Origin: Treponemataceae bacterium | GTDB taxonomy: Bacteria; Spirochaetota; Spirochaetia; Treponematales; Treponemataceae | Reading direction: 5' to 3' | Length of the DNA stretch: 61,604 nucleotides | NCBI GenBank assembly: GCA_024685655.1 | Contig: JAIKVO010000055.1 | Location: 1-61,604, forward strand | In this document: positions 1 to 9,160 of the stretch, piece after piece | Position numbering within the stretch: the first letter of the stretch is position 1 | Layout of the letters: each line of letters opens with the position of its first letter | The notes under the pieces: model-generated | The model's database searches: none | Told to the model about the DNA's origin: nothing | The model's input: only the letters and a program-made list of their open reading frames with translations | Position numbers and translations under genes: made by a program

Positions 1-293
1 ATACGACTTCAGTAATAAAAAATGCGAGTTATAAACAAAAGTATGATATTATGAATGGGAAAAAATCAATACATGGTGTATATAAAGAACTACATCCCAA
101 AAAGACAAAAAAGGCACAAATTGATAATAGCAATTTTGAAAACTGTACTACACATGCTGTTGTCGTTGTACTAGATGTTGTTGCTATAAATGTTGTGAAA
201 TAAAATTATATAGACTAATGCACGGTAATAAAGGGAATGAAACAGATAACGGAAAACCTTCTAATTGATTTTGATCAGCTAAAAAACAGTTCC

Positions 294-322
294 TTGACGA
301 AGGGAATTCGGGGTGATAAAAT
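294..322 (+). promoter_or_regulatory. sigma70-type promoter for the small DUF4177-like gene
   Basis: TTGACG (294-299), 17-nt spacer, then TGaTAAAAT (extended -10, hexamer 317-322). A leader of about 60 nt follows, then the SD GGGAGGAG and ATG at 387. Confidence 0.5.
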
Positions 323-351
323 TTGATTATAAGTTATTCGTTGCGGCTTCA

Positions 352-369
352 TGTCGCAACGTTGCGACA
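352..369. promoter_or_regulatory. perfect 18-nt palindrome TGTCGCAACGTTGCGACA in the 5' UTR (possible operator or RNA hairpin)
   Basis: The sequence is its own reverse complement. A third GTTGCG copy at 340-345 could pair alternatively with CGCAAC at 355-360. Confidence 0.35.
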
Positions 370-386
370 AAACAGGGAGGAGATTT

Positions 387-593
387 ATGAAGAAATTTGA
401 GTATATGGGCAGTGCAACGATTAATAAAAAAATAGAAGCAACATATGGTAAATATAATCAACCGAACATTGACGAATTCCTTAATAGATTAGGTGCAGAA
501 GGTTGGGAAATAATGCCTGATCCAAAGTGTGCTGGATATTTTGCAAAACGAGAAATAACTGAGGAGTCTTCTGCAGCACGAAAGCTTCAGTAA
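387..593 (+). CDS. small DUF4177-like protein (68 aa)
   Basis: The ORF track gives 351-593, but the ATG at 387 follows a strong SD (GGGAGGAG) while the ATG at 351 lies inside the palindrome. The motif ...EFLNRLGAEGWEI... resembles the DUF4177 signature, from memory. Confidence 0.55.
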   Translation: MKKFEYMGSATINKKIEATYGKYNQPNIDEFLNRLGAEGWEIMPDPKCAGYFAKREITEESSAARKLQ

Positions 594-634
594 ATAAAAA
601 ATACCGTCAATAAATAACACGTTCGGTCATCCAT

Positions 635-1063
635 CTATCTGTTTATCAAATAGTCAATTCCTTCGATGTAGCCGTCAAAGCCGTGGCCGGTTATTGTTTT
701 ACATGCAAAATAAGAGACGTATGAAACTTGGCGGAACGGCTCGCGTTCAGGTACATTAGAAATATGAACTTCGACAGTGGGTATATTAACGGCTTTAAGA
801 GCGTCAAGAATCGCGACTGATGTATGTGTATATCCGCCCGGATTAAACACGATACCGTCGATTTTATCAAAATAAGCTTGCTGAATGATGTCGATAAGTC
901 CGCCCTCAGAATTGCTTTGCAGACATTTGACGCTGACAGATTTTTCAGTACAATGTTTTTCAATCATTTCAACTAAATCGTTATAAGTCTTTTTTCCGTA
1001 AATATCTGGCTCACGAATGCCAAGCATATTCAAATTCGGGCCGTTAAGGACAAGAAGTTTCAT
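635..1063 (-). CDS. aroQ: type II 3-dehydroquinate dehydratase
   Basis: MKLLVLNGPNLNMLGIREPDIYG and FNPGGYTHTSVAILDAL are the type II dehydroquinase signatures. Confidence 0.95.
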   Translation of the reverse strand: MKLLVLNGPNLNMLGIREPDIYGKKTYNDLVEMIEKHCTEKSVSVKCLQSNSEGGLIDIIQQAYFDKIDGIVFNPGGYTHTSVAILDALKAVNIPTVEVHISNVPEREPFRQVSYVSYFACKTITGHGFDGYIEGIDYLINR

Positions 1064-1066
1064 TTT

Positions 1067-2368
1067 CTAAGAATCTCCTGTTGTTTTGGCGGTTTTCTCT
1101 ATAAGAGAATCTACAAGCGGATCACCGGCTTCAAAGTCTGGTAAATCCCAAGTTTCATCACAAATAGCTTCGTACAAAGGCGACCGCTGTTCAAAAAGTT
1201 TTTCGATGCCGTTGCTTTTGCTTACAGGTCTGTTGCTGACATTTTGCTTTTTTAATGTTTCAAGCGGTCGTTTTATGTAGATAACTTTAGAGTTTGCACG
1301 AAGATAGAAACTGTTTTCTGGTCTTGTGACAATTCCGCCGCCAGTTGCGATGACAAAGCCGGAACGCGGAAGAACTTTCATTGCAAGCTCAGTCTCCATC
1401 GTTCTGAAAGCACCCTCGCCTTTTGTTTTTATGACTTCTGCCGGCGTAACTCCGTATTCTTCTGTGAACGCATCATCAAGGTCTATAAACTGGCGGTTCA
1501 ATGCGTCGGCGAGTTTTTTTCCGATTCGGCTTTTTCCTGAGCCAGGCATGCCAACAAGCGTTATATTCATCATTTCAGATTCAAGAGATTTCGTAACGCG
1601 TTCGATAAGCTCATCTTCTTCTTTTCCTGAAGATTCAAGAGAAAACTTGCCGCCTTTGAAAACGATGCTCGCTTTATATGCCTGCGCTACAAGCATATAA
1701 AGACCTCCGGCATGTTTTACACAAAGTTGTTCGGCTTGTTGCAAAAATCGCGTTCTGGATGGATTGTATACGATATCAGCTGCCGCATAAAGCTTTGGAA
1801 ATCGTGACAAATCGATTGAAGAATCATCGATGTTTGGGAACATTCCAACTGGTGTTGTGTTCACGATGATCTGAGCATCTGATTGCGCTGTGTAAACGTT
1901 TTCGTAATTAATCTCACCGGTTCGGGAGCAAAAATCGATACGAGCAGCACCAAGTTGTTTTAAGGCGTAGTTTATAGCTGCGCTTGCGCCGCCTGTACCT
2001 AAAACAAGACAATTTTTATCATTTACATCGATTTTTGCCTGTCTTAGCATGTATACAAATCCGTACACATCAGTGTTGTAGCCCTTAAAACCGCCGTCTG
2101 GAAGCGCAACGACTGTATTAACCGCCCCTATCGCTTGGGCTTCGTCTGAAAGCTTCTCGCACAAGCTACAGGCAAGTTTTTTATATGGAATCGTTACGTT
2201 AAAACCTTCAAGTTTTTCTTTGCCTTCAAATATCGCACGGACTTCATCTTCAGTTCGCTCTAAAATTGTATATTCATAATTAGCGAATGATTTATGAATT
2301 CGCGGAGAATATGTATGCGGAAGTGATTTTCCTAAAACACCAAACATTATATTTCCTTTGTTTAACAC
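1067..2368 (-). CDS. aroE: bifunctional shikimate dehydrogenase / shikimate kinase (AroE-AroK fusion)
   Basis: The N-terminal half has NVTIPYKK, GAVNTV, GYNTD and the Rossmann motif LGTGGASAAI. The C-terminal ~165 aa has Walker A GMPGSGKS, DLD and TGGGIV, typical of shikimate kinase. The start could instead be the internal Met at 2347. Confidence 0.9.
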   Translation of the reverse strand: MLNKGNIMFGVLGKSLPHTYSPRIHKSFANYEYTILERTEDEVRAIFEGKEKLEGFNVTIPYKKLACSLCEKLSDEAQAIGAVNTVVALPDGGFKGYNTDVYGFVYMLRQAKIDVNDKNCLVLGTGGASAAINYALKQLGAARIDFCSRTGEINYENVYTAQSDAQIIVNTTPVGMFPNIDDSSIDLSRFPKLYAAADIVYNPSRTRFLQQAEQLCVKHAGGLYMLVAQAYKASIVFKGGKFSLESSGKEEDELIERVTKSLESEMMNITLVGMPGSGKSRIGKKLADALNRQFIDLDDAFTEEYGVTPAEVIKTKGEGAFRTMETELAMKVLPRSGFVIATGGGIVTRPENSFYLRANSKVIYIKRPLETLKKQNVSNRPVSKSNGIEKLFEQRSPLYEAICDETWDLPDFEAGDPLVDSLIEKTAKTTGDS

Positions 2369-2371
2369 GAA

Positions 2372-3523
2372 TTAGACAACTTCGTTGTATGAGCCGAGAT
2401 ATCGGAACTCTTTTGTCATTGAATGAAGATCTTCAATCATCTCTGCAAAGCCTTCGTTGTAAATTGATGTTTCCAAATCAAAGTAGAACATGAATTCAAA
2501 CATTCTTCCTGGCAAAGGCCGTGATTCGAGCTTCACGAGGTTTATTCCGCGCGAGTAGAAAAACGCGAGGATTCTGTAAAGAGAACCTGGCTCATGATTA
2601 AGAATCATCATCATTGAGGATCTGTTCGCTCCTGGATAAATCTCCAAATCTTTTGAAATTACGATGAATCTTGTGTAGTTGTTGTCAGAATCTTGTACAG
2701 AGGTTTTCATAATCTCAAGATTATAAAGATCACTGCATCGTTTTGAAGAAAGACAGCATATATCATTTCTTCCTGATGTCGAGACGATTTTAGCGGCTTC
2801 TGCAGTGTTTTGGCAGGCTGTTACTTTGACATCGGGACCAAGACTTTTGATGAATTCGCGGCACTGATTCAAAGCTTGCTCATGCGAAATAACTTCTTTT
2901 ATGTCGCTCATTTTGCTTCCTGGGAGCATAAGGCAGTTGTGATCAACTTTAACCCTGATGGCTCTTACGATTTTGAAATGATGCTGAATCATCTGGTCAT
3001 AAACGGCAGAAACTGTGCCTGCGTTTGAGTTTTCAACAGGAAGAACGCCATATTTACAAAGCCCCGATTCGATCGCAGAGAAAACTTGCGAGAAGTTTTT
3101 CATAAACATGATACTCGGAATCTGGAAGAGTTTTTCGCATGCTTCCTGAGAGAATGCGCCTTCGATTCCCTGACAAGCGACTACAGCTCTTACTGGAAAG
3201 GCTTTTGATGACATTTCTTCAATTACTTTTTCCACTTGTAATGATTCTTCGCTTTTTTCTTGAATCAGTTTGCTTTGAATACTGCGGGATATTTCAAATA
3301 AAAGGGAATAAATAGGAGGAACAAAAGGCTGCGTAAGTTCATCTGCTTTATCGTAAATATCAGAAAGTTTTTCCCGTTCGCGAAGACCGTCATAAATTGG
3401 TTTTCCGCTTGATTTTTTGAAGTTTCCAATTTTTTCAGCGACTCTCATACGCTGTTCCAACGCTTTTAAAAGCGCGTCATCCGCTTTATCCATTTCTTCT
3501 CTTAACTGTGATAAATCTTCCAT
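2372..3523 (-). CDS. pheA: bifunctional chorismate mutase / prephenate dehydratase (P-protein)
   Basis: N-terminal chorismate-mutase helix (LREEMDKADDALLKALEQRMRVAEKIG), a central prephenate dehydratase domain, and a C-terminal ACT domain with LVKLESRPLPG. Confidence 0.9.
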   Translation of the reverse strand: MEDLSQLREEMDKADDALLKALEQRMRVAEKIGNFKKSSGKPIYDGLREREKLSDIYDKADELTQPFVPPIYSLLFEISRSIQSKLIQEKSEESLQVEKVIEEMSSKAFPVRAVVACQGIEGAFSQEACEKLFQIPSIMFMKNFSQVFSAIESGLCKYGVLPVENSNAGTVSAVYDQMIQHHFKIVRAIRVKVDHNCLMLPGSKMSDIKEVISHEQALNQCREFIKSLGPDVKVTACQNTAEAAKIVSTSGRNDICCLSSKRCSDLYNLEIMKTSVQDSDNNYTRFIVISKDLEIYPGANRSSMMMILNHEPGSLYRILAFFYSRGINLVKLESRPLPGRMFEFMFYFDLETSIYNEGFAEMIEDLHSMTKEFRYLGSYNEVV

Positions 3524-3554
3524 AATATCTCCTATTTATTTGCAATAGCAAACT

Positions 3555-4742
3555 TTATATTAAATCAGCAAGTGCGAGTGCGGCGGCGGCTTCATAAACA
3601 GGAACAGCTCGCGGCACAATGCATGGGTCGTGTCTACCATGCACTTTTATTGTTGTGTTTTGTTTGGCGGCCAAGTCAACTGTTTGCTGTTCCATTGCGA
3701 TTGTTGGCGTCGGTTTTACGGCAACGTCAAAAACGATTGGAGCAACAGAGCCGCCAACGCTTATTCCGCCGAGGATTCCGCCGCATCTGTTTGTTTTAAG
3801 ACGGAGCGAAGCATTGTCGCTTGATGAGGCGCGAGCGGTGTCTTCAGTGTTGTGCGAATTGTTGGCAGTGTCAGAAGCATTGTCGGCGAAAACAAGGCTG
3901 TCGTTATTTTGGGAGCCTCTTAAAGCCGCCGCCGCAAAACCGTTACCAAATTCCACGCCTTTACATGCCGGTACTGCAAAACAAATTGAGGCTATTTTAG
4001 CTTCTATGCCTTCAAAAATCGGACCACCGATACCACCCGGTACGCCTTCAATTATAACTTCGATAATGCCGCCAACAGAGTCGTCAGCTGCCCTAGCCTC
4101 CGCGATTTTTTGTTTCATCAAGTTGCCTTTCTCGTCATCAATAACTGGAAAATCTTTTTCTGCAACTTTATGAAGCTTGGAAAAAAATGAGTGGCCAGCG
4201 GGAGAATCTGCCAAATCTGATTGTGCTACGAAACTGTCATAGTACGAAACATCGTTGATTCCAGCAATCGATTTTATATGCGCGCTAATGCGAATCCCTT
4301 TTTCAGCGAGATATGAGAGCGCAAGAAAACCAGCCACACAAAGCGGAGCTGTCAATCTGCCAGAAAAAGATCCTCCGCCTGATGACTTAAAACTTTCGCC
4401 ATATTTGAGCCGAGCTGTAAAATCAGCGTGTCCCGGACGCGGTGTTATCAAAAGATTCGAGTAATCGTGGGGTTTTGTGTTTGTGTTAAGTATATGAGCT
4501 TCGAACAAGCCATTTTTTAGAGTATCAACGATAACGTCGTCGGCTTCTTTTCGCGGAGTTGACCAAGCATTCTGTCCGGGTGCACGCCGTTTCATGAAGT
4601 TTTTTAATGCATCTGTATCAAGCTTTTCGTATTCCAAGCCTTCAAGACGAACGCCAATGCTTTCGCTGTGAGATTCTCCGTATATCCCGATTTTGAGCTT
4701 GTCGCCTTTGAACCAATTATATGTATTATTAGTATTTGTCAT
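3555..4742 (-). CDS. aroC: chorismate synthase, with a low-complexity insertion
   Basis: GESHSESIGVRLEG, RPGHADFTARLKYG and GRHDPCIVPRAVPV. An extra segment ADNASDTANNSHNTEDTARASSSDNAS is absent from canonical enzymes as I recall them. Confidence 0.95.
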   Translation of the reverse strand: MTNTNNTYNWFKGDKLKIGIYGESHSESIGVRLEGLEYEKLDTDALKNFMKRRAPGQNAWSTPRKEADDVIVDTLKNGLFEAHILNTNTKPHDYSNLLITPRPGHADFTARLKYGESFKSSGGGSFSGRLTAPLCVAGFLALSYLAEKGIRISAHIKSIAGINDVSYYDSFVAQSDLADSPAGHSFFSKLHKVAEKDFPVIDDEKGNLMKQKIAEARAADDSVGGIIEVIIEGVPGGIGGPIFEGIEAKIASICFAVPACKGVEFGNGFAAAALRGSQNNDSLVFADNASDTANNSHNTEDTARASSSDNASLRLKTNRCGGILGGISVGGSVAPIVFDVAVKPTPTIAMEQQTVDLAAKQNTTIKVHGRHDPCIVPRAVPVYEAAAALALADLI

Positions 4743-4744
4743 TT

Positions 4745-6244
4745 CTATTCCTTTGTTTCCGCATCCGTAGTTTTTGTCGATTTTTCTATAAGCTCAAAAA
4801 GTCCTGGAAACGATTTGTTGACGCAATCTTTGTTGTCTATGTAAACAGTTTTTCCTGTCCATGCAGCTATAAGACACGCAGTCATCGCCATTCGGTGATC
4901 ACCGAAGGTCTCTATGGAAATATCTGAATCTGTGGGAGTTGTCGCCGCCGCACCACGCATAGAAGCTGAATCGCGCTCAACAGCCGCACTTTGCTTACAA
5001 GCCGCATCGCACATGCAAGGCGAACTGTGCGCAGAAGCGTCGCGTACAGTTGCTATGTCACTCTTACAAAAGCGTCCGCCGTGAATGACAAGCGTTCCGT
5101 CGTGCTCGGCTGCATTTACGCCAACCGCTGCCAAAGCTTTTATTGTAGCTTCTACTCTGTCGCATTCTTTGAATCTGAGCCGCTCAACATTCTTTATTTT
5201 TGTTAGTTTCGTGCGGGCGGCGGCGACAACCGCGATATACGGCACAATATCAGGGTAATCAGAAGCGTCAAGATCCAACTCGTCAACCTGAACCGCAACA
5301 ACCGCAATACTTTCTGCCATGTTTTCAGACGACATCATATCAAGCAAGACACTGTTTCTGCTCCATTCCGTTTTGATTCCGAGTTTTGAAAGAATTTCAA
5401 CAATCACTTTATCTTTTTGAATTGAGTTTTTATTAAGTCCATTAAGCACAATTCGAGACTTTTTTGCGAGAGCACCAAGACAAAGCAAGAACGCTGCACT
5501 AGACCAGTCACATTCTGCAAAGTTTTTATTTTTGCTACGTGCTGTCATATTGTTTATCGTATAAAGGTCGTTTTCTTCATCAAGTTTGATTCCAAATGAT
5601 TCAAGCGTAGAAACGGTAAGTTCAAAATATCCTTTTGATTCGAGCGCGCCAAGAAGTTTAACAGAAGAGTTTGGCAGCAACACAAGTGCCATAAGAAGCC
5701 CAGAAATATACTGTGATGAGATGTTTCCCTGGATTTCGAAAACGCCTTCAGTAAGCTTACCGCTTTCTGTTATTGTTCCAGCCTGTTTGTCTATAACAAC
5801 GCTAACGCCATGAGAATCAAGACATTCAATTAGCTGGTCAAGCGGTCGGTCAATAAGCTTTCCTTTCGGCTGAAAAACAAGACGTTTATTTCCCGAAAGG
5901 CCCTTGTACGAAAGAAATGCTGCTCCGACGCTCATCATGAAGCGAAGCGTGGAACCGCTTTCATTACAAGGCATTATAATATCAGTTTGATTTTGCGCCA
6001 TATCTGCTTCGGATTTTGCCGTGACCGAAGCTTCGTATAATGCTTTTAAGCAACCTCGTGTGGCACGAATATCATCATTATCAGTTGGAAGCGGCTCAAT
6101 AATTTCGCGGATTGCCGCCGTATCTGGTTCAGAAGCAAGCGTTTGCAGTAAAAAACTGATTATAAGCTGCCTGTGAACGACAGATTTTGACGGAGGAACT
6201 GTGAAATCTAGGTTAAGGTTCGGGATATTGACCGCATATTTCAT
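4745..6244 (-). CDS. aroA: 3-phosphoshikimate 1-carboxyvinyltransferase (EPSP synthase), 499 aa with a C-terminal insertion
   Basis: PPSKSVVHRQLI (PGSKS-type N-terminus), FGDHRMAMT near the C-terminus, and its position in the operon. About 45 extra residues (RDASAHSSPCMCDAACKQSAAVERDSASMRGAAATTPTDSD) precede the GDHR motif. Confidence 0.9.
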   Translation of the reverse strand: MKYAVNIPNLNLDFTVPPSKSVVHRQLIISFLLQTLASEPDTAAIREIIEPLPTDNDDIRATRGCLKALYEASVTAKSEADMAQNQTDIIMPCNESGSTLRFMMSVGAAFLSYKGLSGNKRLVFQPKGKLIDRPLDQLIECLDSHGVSVVIDKQAGTITESGKLTEGVFEIQGNISSQYISGLLMALVLLPNSSVKLLGALESKGYFELTVSTLESFGIKLDEENDLYTINNMTARSKNKNFAECDWSSAAFLLCLGALAKKSRIVLNGLNKNSIQKDKVIVEILSKLGIKTEWSRNSVLLDMMSSENMAESIAVVAVQVDELDLDASDYPDIVPYIAVVAAARTKLTKIKNVERLRFKECDRVEATIKALAAVGVNAAEHDGTLVIHGGRFCKSDIATVRDASAHSSPCMCDAACKQSAAVERDSASMRGAAATTPTDSDISIETFGDHRMAMTACLIAAWTGKTVYIDNKDCVNKSFPGLFELIEKSTKTTDAETKE

Positions 6245-7266
6245 AAATATTGACCTAGTTCCTCTATCAGAATTGTTTTAAGCTCACCGTGCCCGATTTT
6301 ATTTATAAGCGCGATTGTAATTTTGCCGCCGCGCTTTTTTTTGTCGTTCATTACGCCTTTCATAATTTGTTCGCTTGTTATCGGGTCGTCAAAAGGAAGC
6401 CCGTATAATTGAAGCATTTCTACAAGTTCGCCGTGTATGGGGCTTGTACGCGTGATGCGCTCCATGCCTTTGGCGACGGCAAAACCATGCGGAACAGTGT
6501 AATTGCTTCGGCTTTCAATAGCATGTCCGATTGTGTGACCAAAGTTCAAAAGCTGACGCAAGCCGTTGTCGTGCTCATCTTGTGCGACAACTTCTGCTTT
6601 TATCCTGATGTTTTGCGCAACAATCTGCTCCAGTTCTGGGGATGATTTCGTTACTTTTTGCCGCAGGGTTTTGTAAAGGCTTTCGTCACGGATGAAAGCA
6701 TGTTTTATGACTTCTGCCATTCCTTCTGTGAAAACGTCATCATCAAGTGAAGATAAAAGGCTTGTATCTGCAATAACGAGCGATGGCTGGTAAAATGAGC
6801 CGACAAGGTTTTTTCCCTGCGGCAAGTCAACACCTGTCTTTCCACCGACGGAAGCATCAACTTGCGCCAAAAGCGATGTCGGTATTTGGAAAACTTTTAT
6901 GCCGCGCAAAAAGATTGATGCGGCGAAACCCGCCATATCAGTAGTAACACCACCACCAAGTGCTACAACGGCATCTGTACGTGTAAAAGCATTTACGGCC
7001 ATCGTTCCAAGAATCTTTGCTATTGTATCAAGATTTTTGCTTTGTTCGCCAGCAGCAAACACAAACTCAAATACCTGAAAACCTGCGTCTGTCAAAGACT
7101 TTTTGAGTTTACTCAAATATAGTTTTTCAACGTTAGAGTCTGTTACAACAAGAAGCTTCTGTATCCCGCTGCATGTGCCTGTTATAAGCTCGCCGCTTTT
7201 TTCAAGCAAGCTGCTGCCAACAAGAACCTCGTATTCTTTTCCTGCTTTTACATGTATCTTTTCCAT
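6241..7266 (-). CDS. aroB: 3-dehydroquinate synthase
   Basis: LGGGVTTDMAGFAAS, GGKTGVD and FGHTIGHAIE. There is a 4-nt overlap with aroA. Confidence 0.95.
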   Translation of the reverse strand: MEKIHVKAGKEYEVLVGSSLLEKSGELITGTCSGIQKLLVVTDSNVEKLYLSKLKKSLTDAGFQVFEFVFAAGEQSKNLDTIAKILGTMAVNAFTRTDAVVALGGGVTTDMAGFAASIFLRGIKVFQIPTSLLAQVDASVGGKTGVDLPQGKNLVGSFYQPSLVIADTSLLSSLDDDVFTEGMAEVIKHAFIRDESLYKTLRQKVTKSSPELEQIVAQNIRIKAEVVAQDEHDNGLRQLLNFGHTIGHAIESRSNYTVPHGFAVAKGMERITRTSPIHGELVEMLQLYGLPFDDPITSEQIMKGVMNDKKKRGGKITIALINKIGHGELKTILIEELGQYL

Positions 7267-7268
7267 TT

Positions 7269-8099
7269 TTAACCGTCCAGCTCAGCCTTTCGCTGGCTTC
7301 CATCTTCCAAAAGCTGCTTAAGTTCGTCTTTGTTGTTGCTTGTCATTGCATCTTTGTATTTAGAAAGTTCAGTTATAAGGCTGTCTATTTCTTTTACAAG
7401 ATTGTCTTTGTTTTCCATAAAAAGCTCTGACCACATCGTAGCATTAAGCCAAGCTACGCGCGTAAGGTCTTTGTAGCTGCCTGCTGAAAACCCGTGATGT
7501 TCCGCTGCAGTCGGGCTTTTTACATAAGCGTTTGAAACTACGTGCGCCAACTGCGAAGTAAAAGCAATCATTTCGTCATGCTTGTCGGCGTGCGAAAGAC
7601 AGAAACTTCCGAATTCAGCTGGAGCCACAGCTTCTTTTACGCGGTCAATAAGCTTCATGTCGTCAAAAGTTTCCGGTACAAGAACAAGCGGTGCGCCTTT
7701 GAACAGCGTGGCTCGAGAGTGCTTCAAACCGGAGTATTTGTTTCCAGCCATAGGATGTGCGCCGACAAAAACAAAGCTATGTTTTTTTGCAATCTTAAAG
7801 CATTCATCGCACACTACCCGCTTTATTCCGCCAGAATCCATTACAAGCCCGCCTTTGCGGAAATTATTCGCATTTTCTTTTACATAGTCGATAGTTGCCT
7901 GCGGGTAAACGCAAATCAGTACTAAATCGCAGTCTTTAAGTTTATCGCTTGTAAGCGTGTCATCAACGAATCCTGCAATTTTTCCCATAAGAATGGCAGA
8001 ATTGTCTATATCATGGACAAGGACAGTCCATCCAGCTTCTTTGTAAGCCTTCGCAAACGACGCGCCTATAAGACCAAGCCCAACAATGCCGACAGTCAC
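7269..8099 (-). CDS. tyrA: prephenate dehydrogenase (GTG start)
   Basis: N-terminal Rossmann motif VGIVGLGLIGASFA and FVGAHPMAG. It abuts the aroF stop codon. Confidence 0.85.
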   Translation of the reverse strand: MTVGIVGLGLIGASFAKAYKEAGWTVLVHDIDNSAILMGKIAGFVDDTLTSDKLKDCDLVLICVYPQATIDYVKENANNFRKGGLVMDSGGIKRVVCDECFKIAKKHSFVFVGAHPMAGNKYSGLKHSRATLFKGAPLVLVPETFDDMKLIDRVKEAVAPAEFGSFCLSHADKHDEMIAFTSQLAHVVSNAYVKSPTAAEHHGFSAGSYKDLTRVAWLNATMWSELFMENKDNLVKEIDSLITELSKYKDAMTSNNKDELKQLLEDGSQRKAELDG

Positions 8100-9098
8100 T
8101 TAAATCACCTCGCGGATTTTCATAACACGTTTTGCTACATCATCAAACTGTGCCGGAGTAAGAGACTGGGCACCGTCACACAACGCTTTTTGAGGATTAT
8201 TGTGAACCTCAATCATAATTCCGTCAGAACCGCAAGCCGCGGCGGCCATTGCCATCGGTTTAACCATGCGGGCAATTCCAGTTGCGTGTGACGGGTCTAC
8301 AATGATTGGAAGATGCGTAAGTTCATGGAGCATTGGAACAGCTGATAAATCAAGAGTATTGCGTGTGTATGTCTCGTAAGTACGGATTCCGCGCTCGCAA
8401 AGAATGACGTTTTCGTTTCCGTTCGCCATAATGTATTCTGCGCTCATAAGAAATTCTTTCATCGTGTTAGCAAGACCGCGTTTAAGAAGAATTGGCTTTT
8501 TTAGCTTCCCTAAATCCTTGAGAAGCTCAAAGTTCTGCATATTGCGAGCGCCCACCTGAATTAAATCTACGTCAGAAAAAAGTGGAAGATGATCGGAACT
8601 CATTATCTCTGTGACAATCGGCATTCCTGTAACTCTTTTTGCCTCAAGTAAAAGCTCAAGTCCTTCTGCCTGAAGTCCCTGGAAATCATACGGAGATGTT
8701 CTTGGCTTAAATGCACCGCCTCGAAGAAGTTTCGCACCGGATGCTTTTACTGCTTTTGCAATATCAATAATCTGATCACGGTTTTCAACAGAACACGGGC
8801 CGGCAATTAGAGCAAAATTTCCGCCTCCAATTTTTACTCCGCTAACGTCAACGATTGTGTCGTCTGGATGGAATTTTCTGTTTGCCTTTTTATATGGTTC
8901 TGATATACGAGTTACAGACTCAATGATATCAAGACCTTTAAGAAGATCGATATCGACTTTTGTTGTATCGCCGACAAGTCCAAGAACAGTCTTGAACTCA
9001 CCTTCTGATATGTGGACTTTTAATCCCTGTGATTTGAACCAGTCGATTAAATTGTTAATCTGCTCTTGGCTAACACCTGATTTTACTACTGCTATCAT
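8100..9098 (-). CDS. aroF: 3-deoxy-7-phosphoheptulonate (DAHP) synthase, type I-beta, with an N-terminal ferredoxin-like regulatory domain
   Basis: LIAGPCSVEN, KPRTSPYDFQGL and VDPSHATG. About 75 aa of extra N-terminal domain resemble the Thermotoga-type DAHPS. The SD AAAGAGGTG precedes the ATG. Confidence 0.9.
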   Translation of the reverse strand: MIAVVKSGVSQEQINNLIDWFKSQGLKVHISEGEFKTVLGLVGDTTKVDIDLLKGLDIIESVTRISEPYKKANRKFHPDDTIVDVSGVKIGGGNFALIAGPCSVENRDQIIDIAKAVKASGAKLLRGGAFKPRTSPYDFQGLQAEGLELLLEAKRVTGMPIVTEIMSSDHLPLFSDVDLIQVGARNMQNFELLKDLGKLKKPILLKRGLANTMKEFLMSAEYIMANGNENVILCERGIRTYETYTRNTLDLSAVPMLHELTHLPIIVDPSHATGIARMVKPMAMAAAACGSDGIMIEVHNNPQKALCDGAQSLTPAQFDDVAKRVMKIREVI

Positions 9099-9129
9099 AA
9101 AAACACCTCTTTATTTACCAATTGAAACC

Positions 9130-9160
9130 AAAAAAAAACCGCCCGGAAGTGACCGTGCGG
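9130..9160 (-). terminator. intrinsic terminator (attenuator) inside the aro operon leader
   Basis: Minus strand reads CCGCACGG-TCACTT-CCGGGCGG (7 G:C pairs, one A/G mismatch) followed by T9 (9138-9130). The aroF ATG lies 31 nt further downstream. Confidence 0.75.

Noticed and set aside
140-232. Cys-rich reading frame (..CCCRCTRCCCYKCCE..), a possible cysteine-rich peptide. The overlapping 50-codon ORF 51-203 (MNGKKSIHGVYKEL...) was also considered.
   Set aside because: The Cys-rich frame has no ATG, GTG or TTG after the upstream TGA at 137-139; the only candidate is a CTG. The pattern is a by-product of a TGTTG-rich tract that reads as Val, Leu or Cys depending on frame. The 50-codon ORF has no SD, no recognisable family and a low-complexity tail. 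Neither is supportable from sequence alone.
3619-4173. 184-aa plus-strand ORF inside aroC. Similar long antisense ORFs occur at 19293-19943, 51492-52157, 1326-1700, 7542-7925 and 16710-17123.
   Set aside because: Each lies fully inside, and antisense to, a gene with unambiguous conserved motifs. None has an SD or a recognisable family.
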